The notes below the pieces were generated by a model. It had not been told where the DNA came from, did no database searches, and saw only the letters and a program-made list of their open reading frames with translations. From Lama guanicoe (Eukaryota): DNA of 64,000 bases. The translations under genes were made by a program, and so were the position numbers. Shown in pieces: positions 38,010 to 49,330 of this stretch. Every line of letters begins with the position of its first letter. Position 1 is the first letter of the stretch. Location of the stretch: the NCBI GenBank assembly GCA_013239625.1, contig MU054338.1, forward strand, positions 1,738,001-1,802,000, written 5' to 3'.

Positions 38010-38114
38010 CCCATCCGGCCGTAGGCTTTGCTGTAGGACGGGTCTATGCAGATGGCCCGCTCGCAGTCCTGCACCGCCCCGGCGTAGTTGCCCAGTTTGC
38101 TGTAGGCCGCGGCT
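38010..38114 (-). CDS. SGTA: SGTA exon 6 (TPR2: [35 protein letters not shown])
   Basis: TPR consensus; CAG|...|GTGAGT, 105 nt. Confidence 0.95.
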
Positions 38115-38880
38115 CTGCAGGAGGCAGGGCAGGGCAGTCGGGGAGCTGGGCCCTCACGGGGGGCAGCCCTGGTCTCCCTTGCTGTCAGACAGACCCGGGC
38201 TCTGCTGTGTCTGCAGGGCGCCATGCCAGCCGCGGGGGGGAGGTTCACAGGGGACACAGGGCTGCAAGGGGCAGTGGCCACAGCGCTTGGGGCCCCAGGG
38301 GCTTGGAGCCACGCCCAGCTTATGTAGCCAGGCACCTCAGTGTTATCTTTCTCATCCAAGTTTCCACCTTGTGTCTCTTCCAGTCATGGAAGGACAGAAA
38401 GGAGTCAGGCAGGAGACACAGGGAGGAGCAGCTGGGCTGGGCGGTCGGAGGGTACAGGGATCCCTCTGTCCAATCTGTACCACTTCCCTGTGACTCTAGA
38501 TTTGTCCCCCAGGAAGCATTTAAAAACAGAGCCCAAAGCACAGAGTGGCTCCCCTTGGGTGGGGGGACAGGCTCGACCGGCCCCCACCTCTCTGATGCCT
38601 GGCCACTCCCACGGCTACTCCATCCTCGGCCTTCTTCCCACTCTGAGCCCCCCGCCCTGGCACATCCTTTATGGGCAGGCCCGGCATGACTCTCACGGTC
38701 AGTGGTGACGCCACCACAGGCACCGTACCCGAATCCTGGGGCACCACCCCGTCCATGCAGACACTTGCTGCTTACCTTCGGCATCCCTGATGCTCGGCCA
38801 TACCTCGCTGGCTGGGCTGTCACACACCTTGGAACCAACACCCCTCCCATCTGCCTGGGGATGTGCAGCCCGGCCCGCAC

Positions 38881-38980
38881 CTGTTACAGAAGTAGACGGC
38901 GTTGGCAGGGTTCAGCTCGATGGCTTTCCCGTAGAAGTGCACGGCGGCCTCAAAGTTCTCCGCCTTCATCTGCTCGTTCC
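38881..38980 (-). CDS. SGTA: SGTA exon 5 (TPR1: [34 protein letters not shown])
   Basis: TPR consensus; TTCAG|...|GTGCGG, 100 nt. Confidence 0.95.
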
Positions 38981-39234
38981 CTGAAGAGAAAGGGGAGACG
39001 TTCCATCAGACCCCGAGGCCTGGGCTGTCACTCCTAGCTCTCCCGGCTTCTACATGAAGGTGTGAGACGTTGAGCGGCAGGATGCGGGCTGGTGGTGCTG
39101 GCATGAGGAGGAGGGTGAGGTTTGCATCCAGCGCGGGCCCGGCCTGACCCTCACTGTGTCACTGCTCTGGCCATGGTATTTGGGAGCCTAAGTCGCAAAC
39201 ACTGTCACTTCTGCTCCTTCCTTCAGAAACAGTC

Positions 39235-39620
39235 CTGTTTTAACTAATGTAAGTCAAGTACCATGAAACTCACACTACGAAAGTGCACAACTCGGTGGTT
39301 TTTAGTACACTCAGAGTTGTCCAACCCTCACCACTATCTAATTCCAGAACATTCCATCAGCCAAAATAAAGCCCCGTCCCCATCAGCATCCCCCCAGCCC
39401 CTGACAGCCAGGAGCCCCCTCCCTGTGTCTGTGGACTGGCCTATTCTGGACGCCTCACATCCATGGATTCACACGCTGTGTGTCCTCCTGTGCCTGCTTC
39501 TCTCCCTGAGCATCGCGCTCTCAGGGCCCGCCCACGTGGGAGCGGGTGTCAGGGCTGCTCTCCTTCTCATGGCTGAGTGATGTCCCGCGTGTGGAGGGCC
39601 GTGATGTGGGCATCGCTCAT
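39235..39620 (-). mobile_element. Old L1 (L1MB-like) 3' end; further copies near 21400-21750, 30395-30750, 35390-35680, 42490-42740, 43130-43595, 53420-53970 and 62385-62630
   Basis: ccactatctaattccagaacatt...tctgtggactggcctattctggac...ctgcttctctccctgagcat. Confidence 0.7.
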
Positions 39621-39713
39621 CAGCTAAGGGGCTCCAGAGCCCAGGACCAGCTGGCCTCCACCCTCCCACGCCATCTACAGGCCAGGTGGGCAAGGTGCCC
39701 GGAGGCCTCTTAC

Positions 39714-39798
39714 CTTCTGTTTTGAGGCGCTCCGCCTCGGCCGAGTCCTCCTCCGAAGGGGGGCTTTGCCGTGGGCTCCTCAGGTCCTGCGGCAGCTC
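39714..39798 (-). CDS. SGTA: SGTA exon 4 ([28 protein letters not shown])
   Basis: CAG|...|GTAAGA, 85 nt, keeps frame. Confidence 0.92.
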
Positions 39799-40001
39799 CT
39801 GGCCCGAGTGAAGGCCAGCTGTTTGAGGGGCAGCAGGAAACCACCGCCTCCTCCTTCCAGCCCAGCACTTCTGGCCTCCCCCCCCAAGGACAGCCGAGCC
39901 CCGAGGGAGAGCGTCTCAGGCCCTCGGCGCCCAGCATCCCGGGAGAGGACGCGGCCTGGCCCGGGCACTCAGGTCTCAGCGCCAGAAGCCCCAAGACTCA
40001 C

Positions 40002-40108
40002 CCTGCCCGCCACGGCTGCTTCGAAGATTTCTGGCAGAGTCTGAGGGAGCGCGAGGTCGCTGTCCTCCACGGTCACCCCGAAGGCAGTCTCCAGGCACTG
40101 GATTGCAA
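40002..40108 (-). CDS. SGTA: SGTA exon 3 ([36 protein letters not shown])
   Basis: Dimerisation domain; TTGCAG|...|GTGAGT, 107 nt. Confidence 0.95.
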
Positions 40109-41329
40109 CTGCAAGGGGACAAAGGTGTGCTCTTCTGAAACCGACCCCCAGTTTACGGCTTTGGAGGACAGCGCTGCCACTCTCTCTCTGGAGCGCGTTC
40201 GCTGAGGCCTCGGGACGCATCAGGTCCCACCTATCCCCACAGGAACCTACAGGTCCTGGTTTTGATTCCAGGAGGAACTCAGGACGGACATGCCCCTGGA
40301 GCTCTGAGAGCAGAAAGGAGGGAAGATGCTGTCCCCTCCCAGCGGGGCTCAAATGGTGACATCAGGGTTCTCTGTGGGGCCACAAAGCTGCGGCCGCCTG
40401 GCTGGGGGCCTCGGGGGCTCAGCGCGACCTGGAGCGCCTCACGACAGGTGAGGTGCCTGGGTCGCTCTGTCTGGCTCTCGGGGAATCTGGCCAGAGCCTG
40501 AGGCTGGCCCGCCCTGTCTGCATGACCGGCGGCTGCATGATGGCGCACAGGACGGCAGGGCCAGACCCTGCAGCCGCCCACCCACCCCAGAGGCTTAGGT
40601 CCCCATAGGGCCCACCACTGCCCCTCTGCTCCACCCCAGGACACCAGGGCCGCCTCCTCTGGGGGTGGGACCCTCTCAGCCCCGGGCCCTGACTCCACAG
40701 TCACTCCACCCCCAGAAGAAGCCCCAGCGATGGGTCCTCAGCCCGACCCTGGGCTCCTGTTCACAAAGACCTGTGGGGAGGGGGAGGAGGAGGAGGTGGT
40801 GAGCGGCACGCTGAGGACTGTCAGCTCAGCTGAGCAAGGCAGAGGCCCTCCCCGCCGGGCGGGGACGAGGTTCCTGGGACAAGGGTGCAGAGGACTGGGT
40901 GCCTGAGGATCCTAACCCTGGTTAGCCACCCCTGCCGTGCAGCCAGGTGCCCAGCGGGCTGGCAGCAGGTCTGGCCCAGGCTCATGAGCCTTTCCCCTTT
41001 GACTACTACAGACACACACGATGGGGGTGGGGTGGAGAACCTTCTGGAATTGCACTTCCACTTAAGTGGAGATAAAGAAGATACCTGTAGGAGGCCCAGG
41101 GAGGTGCAGCCCTGCGCGGGGGAGAATCCTGGGTGGGAGCAGGACAGGCTGCTCCCTGCGCCTGCCTGGGGCTCAGTGGCCTCACCTGGGACAAGGATGC
41201 AGCTGGCACCTCGGGCTGGTCAGATGTGCCAGCCCATCACTCCCACCCGTGACAGGCTGAGGTGCTCATGAGGGGTGGGAGGGAGATTGGGAGCTGTGGG
41301 GGGCTCGCATCCTGGTGGCCTGCACGTAC

Positions 41330-41429
41330 CTTCCAAGCTCTCCTGGGCATCGGATGAGAGCCCCCCGTGCCGGAGCTGGTCATGCAGGAACCGGATGATG
41401 GCGTAGGCCAGGCGCTTCTTATTATCCAT
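41330..41429 (-). CDS. SGTA: SGTA first coding exon ([33 protein letters not shown]); small glutamine-rich TPR co-chaperone alpha
   Basis: Kozak AAAATGG; the ten coding exons sum to 942 nt = 313 aa + stop. Confidence 0.96.
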
Positions 41430-44400
41430 TTTGAAATGGAAAGAGATGAGGCCTGGGGTTTCAGGACCTGAGGACGTGGACAAGGGGGTGAGGACAGGAC
41501 AGCCGCACAGGGGGCCTCTCTGCCCCCGCCCCAGCCTGCTCCAGGCCCTCCAGGACCCTCAGGAGCCACTGTAAACTCACTGGCTAATTCACCTGCCTAA
41601 CAGTGAGGCAGAAACGTTAAGTATCCCCACTTCACAGATGAGAAGCCCAGAGCCCCTCACACTCCCACCTGATTCTAACCCAGGGGTGATGCAGCCCTGG
41701 GCCTGGTGGGTGTCCCTCTTCACCAACTGGGCAGGGCTGGAGGGTGGTCCCCAGGCACACGGAGGGCCGGCCACAGCCACACCTGTTGCTTCTCTGTGCC
41801 TGGGACACCAAAACGGTCCAACAGTTTCTGAGCCCCGAACACCTGGGGGACAGACACCACCCATGTGGGTCAGACAAGGACCACTGGTGGGCCTGGGCAG
41901 ACCCCAGGGCCAGAGGGCCCGGCTCCCCCGCCACGAGCTGTAGTGCTAGGCTGGGCAGGACGCTGGTGATGTCTGGGGACAGGTGTGGTCGTGACTGGGG
42001 GGCTCCTGGCGTTGCGTGCTTGGGCCGGGATGCCGCTGGGTCGAGGCGTAAACTACAGGAGCGTGGGCGCAGGAGCGGGGGGTCCGTCCCCGGAGGGCTG
42101 GCCCGGTGCCGTCCCCAGGACCACCTCCCCCTCCGGGAGGGTGCCGCACGCTTGTCCGAGGCTGAGCAGGACCGGGGAGGCTGGGACCTGTGGTGTGAAG
42201 CCTCTCGGCCCCCCTAAAATGGGGATGAGCAGTGGGATGAGCAGCCTGTGTGGCCAGGAGACCGAGGGGTGGCCTCCTGGGCGAGTTATCACCGACCGGT
42301 CGCCCACTGGCAGCAGTGAAATCAAACCGGGAGAAACAAGGCCTAACCCCCGGGCTCCGCACGCTGGCCGACAGCAGACGGGGCGATGCCAGCCCTCAGC
42401 GCTTCCGAGCCCGGGCGGGTGCAGTCAAGACGCGACGCCAGCCATGCTCAGGGCGCCTTGTTTCTGCTTCGTGGAAAACCACATCCGTAGACAGCTGCTG
42501 CTTGCAAAAGGGCAAGAAGCAGACACAAAGGGCCACGTGGCATGCGATCCCATTTATGCGAAATGTCCAAGAGCCAAGCCCACAGGCGGCGGGTTTGCGG
42601 TTGCCAGGGGCTGGGGGAGGGGACGGGGTCTTTCTGGGGGTCATGGGATGTTCCGGACTTAGTGGTGATGGTTGCACAGCATTGCGAATATACTGAAACC
42701 TATTGAATTTGATTGTACGTGAATCACATCTCAAATTTTAGAACGGAAGCCTGTCAGGCAGCTGTATTTTGGACAGCTGGACAGGGAGTTCTGCCACCCC
42801 CGGGAAGCTCTCTGGGGACGGTCATGAGCTTCCTCCCCCATTTCTGGATACAATGAGCCTTTACCAAGCAAGGGCCTTTGGCCCAAGAGCGTCCCTGGAA
42901 CTGGGAGGTCTGGGATCAGGACGTGACAGAGCCCAGAGGACAAACAGCCAGTCCCAGATCCCGAGGACCTCAGGGGCGACACAGAAGGGCCCATGGAGAT
43001 AGAGCGCCACAACCTGCTAGTTTTGAAGACAGTGAAGCCCCAAAAGGCCAGGAGTCTCTCCAGCTGAACCAGCTGGCAGGCGCCCAAAATGTCAACGTTC
43101 TTGTGTTTAACGGACATTTAAAATATAAACAGATGACTGTTGCCACAGATAGCATCACTCACAGCAGCCGAAAGGTGGACACAACCCAACGTCCACAGAT
43201 GGATGATGGACAAACACATGTGGTCCTCCACACGGTGGACCATCACTCAGCCTTAAAAAGGAAGGAGATTCTGACACCTGCTACAAGACAGATGGACCTG
43301 GGGGCATGAGTGATGCTCAGTGAGAGAAGCAGACACAGAAGGGCAGATACGGTCTGATTCCACTCACAGGAGGTCCCTGGAGGAGTCACATCCACAGAGA
43401 CAGAGAGTAGATGGTGGGGCTGGGGCTGGGAAGTGGGTGTTTCATGGGGACAGAGCTTCAGTTTGGGAAGATGAGAAAGTCCTGGAGATGGTGGTGGGGA
43501 TGGTGGCACAACAGTGTGAATGTGCTTAACGCCGCTGAGCTGTGCTCTCACAAGTGGTTAGGATGGTGAACTATACCACACCTATTTTACTGTAATTAAT
43601 GGTTCCTTCTGTGGGGGACTGTGCACTGTAGGGTGTTTAACAGCATCTCTGGCTTCTGATGTCCTCTGGGAGCGGGGGATGGGGTGAGGGTGGGGGGCAG
43701 AACCACCCGGGGCGACACCCCCCAGGGTTAGGAGTTTCCACTGACAGCAGGAGACTTCCACACTCATCTAACCTACTGTGGTCCCAGAGTGCCACACATA
43801 CTTAAGTACACACCTGAGTGGGAGAGGGAGGAGGTGACTCAGACACTGGGGGTCACCCTGGTTTAAACATCTGATCTTGGGGTAGTTTATCCTGGTGTGT
43901 AGTGTGAGCAGGGATCAAACTCGATTTTTTCCCAAATGATGAATGCAGGGCCCGCCCCCTCAGCACCACTGACACCGAGGCGGGGTCACTCTCTGTGCTG
44001 GGGGGTAGCCTGGGCACCGTGGGGTATGGAGCAGCATCTCCGGCCCCCTCTTCCATTGGTGACAACCACAAAGGTCTCCAGACATCCCCAAGTCACCCCT
44101 AGTTGAAAGTCACCGATCAACGCTGCATGGGAAAAACAAAGGTCACCACAGGTAGGGTTTTCTGTCCACATGACTTTGCTGCAAACTTTCAGCAAATCTT
44201 GTGGGTTTCAGAACTGCAGGTCAGGGACCGTGGGTCCACGATGAGGACCCAGCACCTGCACAAAACCGCTGGAGGCCCTTCATCCCCGGCCTGCCTACTC
44301 CTCACTTTGCCGGCCCAGCCCAACACGAGGACCTGCTTTTTCCCGATGGCCACTGGGCTCTGGGGTCTTGGGAACAGTCCTGACTTGTCAGGCTTTGGCT

Positions 44401-45060
44401 GCTGGACAGAACCCTCGGAGGGCCCAGGCTTCCCGCGAACAGCGAGGGCCCTGTGAGGCTCAGACCCGAGGTGCGGGTCTGCAGGCGCAAGCCCGGCCGG
44501 GGACAAACGCCAGCCGCGGGTCCCCGTGCCAGTGCCTCTCTGTGCCTGTGGGACCCCTGCCGGCTCTCAGCCCACCTTTCATCATCTCATTAAAACCTCC
44601 CAACCGCGATCCCTTTTACTTCCCTGCGCACAACCGACCATTCAAAGGAAAAACAGCAGGTCTCACCAACACGAGTGACCCGGCCTCCAGGTAGGAGCAC
44701 CCTTGCTCTGAAGGGCTCCCACCCCTGCAGGATGCCCCACCCCGCCGCCACCCCAATTCCAGCTCTCCTCACAAGCACGCAGGTGTGCAAGCTAGTCCTC
44801 TCTCCCCTTCCAGGATACCACAGGTCCCGGACAAACACTGCCCCAAGAGCAAGAACTCGGCTTCAGCCCGCTCCCCATAGCACAGCCGTGCTTCCTTCTC
44901 AGATGCTGGCAGGCCGTCACCCCCACAGACCCTGGGCACACGAGGCCCCTCCCAAACCCGCTGGTTCCGCTCAACACAACTGCTCCCACCGTCTGGGAAA
45001 CACCTCCTCCTCCTCAGCACCAAGCTAGAAGGTCATCTCCCCAGACGGTGGGAGGCCTCT

Positions 45061-45181
45061 TTTTGGGGGGGCAATTAGGCTATTTATTTATTTGTTGTTT
45101 TTAATGGCAATACTGGGGTTTGAACTCACAACCTCATGCATGCTAAGCACGCATTCCACTACTGAGCTATATCCTCCTCCC
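45061..45181 (-). mobile_element. tRNA-derived SINE in SGTA intron 1
   Basis: Reverse-complement SINE head; flanking ggcctctt direct repeat. Confidence 0.85.
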
Positions 45182-46949
45182 AAGGACGGCCTCTTCTTCC
45201 AGCAAAGCCCACGTCCCAGTCTTGCTTTTGGTTCAGCCTCTCTTACGAGGCTTCCCAACTCTCTCCTGGCCTGCTCACCCCTGTCCCCCCGGACCATGAG
45301 ATGTTGGACAAATCTCCTCCTGCTGGGACCCCAGCACTCAGCGGTCCCTATGCATTCAGGAAAACCTTGGGTCCTGGTCGAGTTCAAAGCCACATGACCG
45401 AGTTCCTGGGGGGGGGGTGCATTTCGCTTGGGTCTCAGTTTTCTCTTTAGCAGAGGAGATAACAAACCTTGTGACTTGCCTACCTCCCCTCTGTTCCCTG
45501 TATGCTATCCCCCTCACTAAGCAGGGGCCGCTGGGTCCAGCGTGGGGTCTCAACCAAAAAAAAAAAAATGCAGAAACAAGTAAGACTACATCTTTCAATC
45601 CCAGGCAGAGCTTAACCTCACTTAGAGCCACTTGCCCTTCCAGGAAGACTGAACTATAAACCTCAGGAAATCCTCAGAGTGCCCAGGACTCTCCAGGCCC
45701 TGAGCTGAGTGTTAGACACACAACAGCTTATTTCACAGGTCAGCAAACATTTTCTGGAAAGGATCTGAGGGAGGACATCCAGCTTCCCAGGCCACAGGTG
45801 ACATGTATGGGATTGGGTGGTCTGTGTTCCCACGCAACCTCATTCACAGAAACAGGCTGCAGTGGGATTTGGCCCCCGGGCTTACGGTCCCATTCTACAG
45901 AACAAGAAACTGAGACTCAAAGAGATGGGGGGCACCACTCCAGGCCAGCTGGCGAAGATGCAAATCAGTAGCCTTGAACCTGCAGCTGATTCCAGAGCCT
46001 CAACTCCAAAGTGCCCTCTCACCCCACAGAAGTAGGCACCCACACAAAACTTGGCACTTGATTTCCTGGCAGTTCACACGCCCTGCCGCCTGTGGAGCCC
46101 ATGGCTGAAGAATCACTAGTCCAGGGTAGTATTGAACTTGGGCACTATGAACGTTTGGGGCTGGACTGTTCTCTGTGGGGGCATCTTGGGCATTGTGGGG
46201 TGTGGAGCAGTCTCCTTGCCCTATCCACTGGATGCCAGGAGCCCCTCAGCTGTGACAGCCACAGATGTCCCCAGACATGGCCCAGCGTCCCCTGAGAGGA
46301 CAATTCACAGGTCTAGGGAGAGGAAAAGCAGACAAAACAAATAATCAGAGAGAAACAAAAGAACATGGGGACACCACTCAGCAGGGATGTAGTATGGGCA
46401 CATGTTTCTTGGCCCCTAATATTAAAAAAACTAGCTGTTCTTCAGGAAGCTCTAGAAAAGTAGCAGGAACTGATTAAAGAATGTTCCCCATGTATTTAAC
46501 CTCACAAGGACCCTAAGAGGCATACACTGCTACAGTCCCGATTGTAGGACGAAAGGGGAGCAGGAAAGAGGGAGCGAGCGACTTGTCCAAGCTTACAGAG
46601 TAAGCCTGTCAGAGGTGGAGGAGCGGCCCTCAACCCGACTTCTCCCACCTCGAGCACAACACGCAGAAGACCCTCCGTGTGAATTCAGACTAACCACTGC
46701 TGACCCCTTTGAGCCCCGACTTGGCGCTGGGGGCCCTGTGGCTTTAATCCTCCCGGGAAGCCCCCCAGCCCAGGAAGGGACTGTGACGACGCCCGTTTTA
46801 CAGAACGGGGGCAACTGAAGCTCCGAGAAGCCAAGAGGCGGGCCAAGGTCACCCAAGTGGGGAGTGGCGGCGATGGGACAAGAGCCCCGACTTGAACCTC
46901 ACGAATTGGGGCCCCCAATTCAAAAGGACCGTGTTTCCAGGAAGCAGCC

Positions 46950-47620
46950 CTCATCCAGCGAGCGCTCACGACGTGCGGGGCACTTTACCTCCCGCGGTCC
47001 ACATACAGGCCTGCGAACACGCATTCCTGGGGCCTGGGGTCCGCGCGAGGGAGACCTGGGGCCGGCAAGGGCCTGCCAGACGCCGCCCGGCCTCAGTTTC
47101 CCCCCGCGCAGCCCACTCACTGCACCCTGCGGATCGCAGCCACTCTGGCCCCAGACCGACGTCCTCTTACAGGCCCTGGAGCCCCCGGACTCCCGAAGCG
47201 CGGGCCTCAGGCCTGTGCGGCTCAGCGCCGAGCCCCTCACTCACCTCTCAAGCAGCCAAACCCCGACCCACCGACGGCCGCGCCTGCGCACCGCGGCGCC
47301 GCCCGGCCCCGCCCCCCCGCCGGGACGCCTGCGCGGAAGGAGCAAGCGTCCGCCGGCGCTCATTCTGCGCAAGCGTGCCAGTTATCGAGGCAGGAGTGAA
47401 AGGAAGTGACGCAATTTAGAAGCCGGGCCGAATTGGTCGTTAAGGCAACTGATCTCTGCGACCGAACGAAGGCCGGAAATCAGGACTGACTCGTCCTCTA
47501 CAGCCGGGATGGAGTGGTGCATGGTGGGACGGTGGTGGACTCTGGCTGGTTGGCAGAGCCCGTCACGTGGTGCCGAGTTGGCCACGTGGTGCAGCTGCGT
47601 TTGGGTCTCTGGCGCCCAGA
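46950..47620. promoter_or_regulatory. SGTA: SGTA CpG-island promoter
   Basis: NRF1 site GCGCCTGCGCA 47280-47290, GC box, ETS/CRE composite GGAAGTGACGCAAT 47402-47415, CACGTG E-boxes near 47564 and 47583. Confidence 0.8.
47245..47340 (-). other. SGTA: SGTA non-coding exon 1 (5' end approximate)
   Basis: Donor GAG|GTGAGT in CpG island. Confidence 0.75.
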
Positions 47621-48739
47621 GCATCACAGGCGCTCTTTAAATGGGAGCGACTGTTACTCAATCACCGTCTTTGTTCATTTATTCATCCACCCATCCACCC
47701 ACAAGTGCATTCTTTCATTCATTCAATCCATAAGAGTAGAGCAATACAGAGATATTTGTTCACAACAGATGCCTAACAATCAACAAATATTGCACACCAA
47801 CTATAAAGACCAGAGAAATGCTTGCTATCATTATCTTTTATTGGGGTGGACAAACTATAAACTAGTAAGCTAGTACACAAATGAACAAATTTTACTTAAT
47901 GGCAAGCGCTATGAAGGAAAAAATGGGGTATTGTGATTGGGGAGGTAAGTTGGCTGGGATAGTTAGGGAAGGCCTCTTTGTCATATGTGGCTTTGGAGAA
48001 GGGGTTGGGCTGCGGGGCGGGGGTGGGGGGGCAGGAAGCGCTCCAGTGACAGGAAACAGCGAAAATGAAAACTAACGTAGAATAAAGGTTGAAGTCCTAA
48101 AGAGATAAAAAATCAAGGGCGGGTAATGAGAAATTCCCTATTTAATGACCGCCATTAACATTTAAGTTGCCAGAAGTGTTCTCCCAATTCATTTTTATCC
48201 TACTTAAAACGCAAGCACGTGTAACATGCTTGGTTATTTTCATTTGTTTTGCAGAAATAAAGGAGGTGGGTTTGGGAGCCAGTTTAATTCTCGTTTTTTT
48301 TTTCTAGGTGCCTTAGACGGTTCAAGATTTTGTTCTAACCGACAACACTAAATATAGGTCAGGCAGTTGCGCTGTTCCAAAACACCTGTTGTTTGAGTCC
48401 TGGCTCCGTTTACTGACGCTTTCTCGATATACTTACTTGCTTACATTTGTGATTTTAAAGAAGTATGTGTTTAATTTAATTGATTAACTGAATTTAGCTG
48501 ACAAATGTGGCTCACTTTCTCTGTTCATCAGATGCTAAGAACCTGGGCAGGATGCTGGGAATGGGATGAGCGCCTGAGATGTGGTAAGCGATCACTAACG
48601 GAGGACCTTGGATGAGGGAGAAAACTTGCAAAACTAGCCAAATACACAATTGAGGTAGAAAGGAGGCAAGTACAAATCAATGCAAGAGCTAGAAGCCTAA
48701 GGCGAACTACTGTTTGAAAGAACCACATGGAGGCTCCGA

Positions 48740-49330
48740 GGCGCCAGCTGCGTGTAGGTTTCCACGGAAACGCACCTCCCAGGCCTCCTCAAGGGCTCCG
48801 CCCCCTTATCACCGGGAGCCAATGACGAGCAGGGGTGGTTCCAGCGCGTGCGCAGAGTGAGTCAGTGCCTTGGAGCACCGCCCCGGGGATGTGGGCGGAG
48901 CTGGGGCACGTGTGTGCCCCGTAGTCCTGCGCACGCGCTCTCCCAGCATTCAGTGGGCGCGCGGGCGGCGGGCATCTCAGTCCCGAAGGCTGCGGCCGCT
49001 GAGTGGACGGTGTTGGCCGACCGCTGAGCCGACGCGGACCAGGTGGAGGGAGGGACCGCAGGTGCACACCCGCTCGTCATGAAACCCCCCGCAGGTACCG
49101 GCCGCCCCTTGGTGCGTTCCTGCTCGCCGGTCCCATGCGCCCCAAGCGCCCTGGCGCCCCCCCTGGGTCGCCCCCAGGGCCTAAAAGCCGAGCCCAGTGA
49201 CCCCCGAGTGACCGGGGCCGGGGCGGGGGTGGGGGTCGGTGAGCCCAGAACCCGCCCCCTCGGTTGCCGAATGAATGAACCAGCTTTTCCGGCTCTTCAC
49301 TCATTCGGCAATCTCCGTGTCGCTTCTGCT
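48740..49330 (+). promoter_or_regulatory. THOP1: THOP1 CpG-island promoter
   Basis: CCAAT 48819, GC boxes, NRF1-like TGCGCACGCGC 48928-48938 upstream of the ATG at 49079. Confidence 0.8.
49079..49094 (+). CDS. THOP1: Thimet oligopeptidase exon 1 (MKPPA)
   Basis: ATGAAACCCCCCGCAG|GTACC; phase 1 join to exon 2 gives MKPPAACAGD. Confidence 0.9.
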
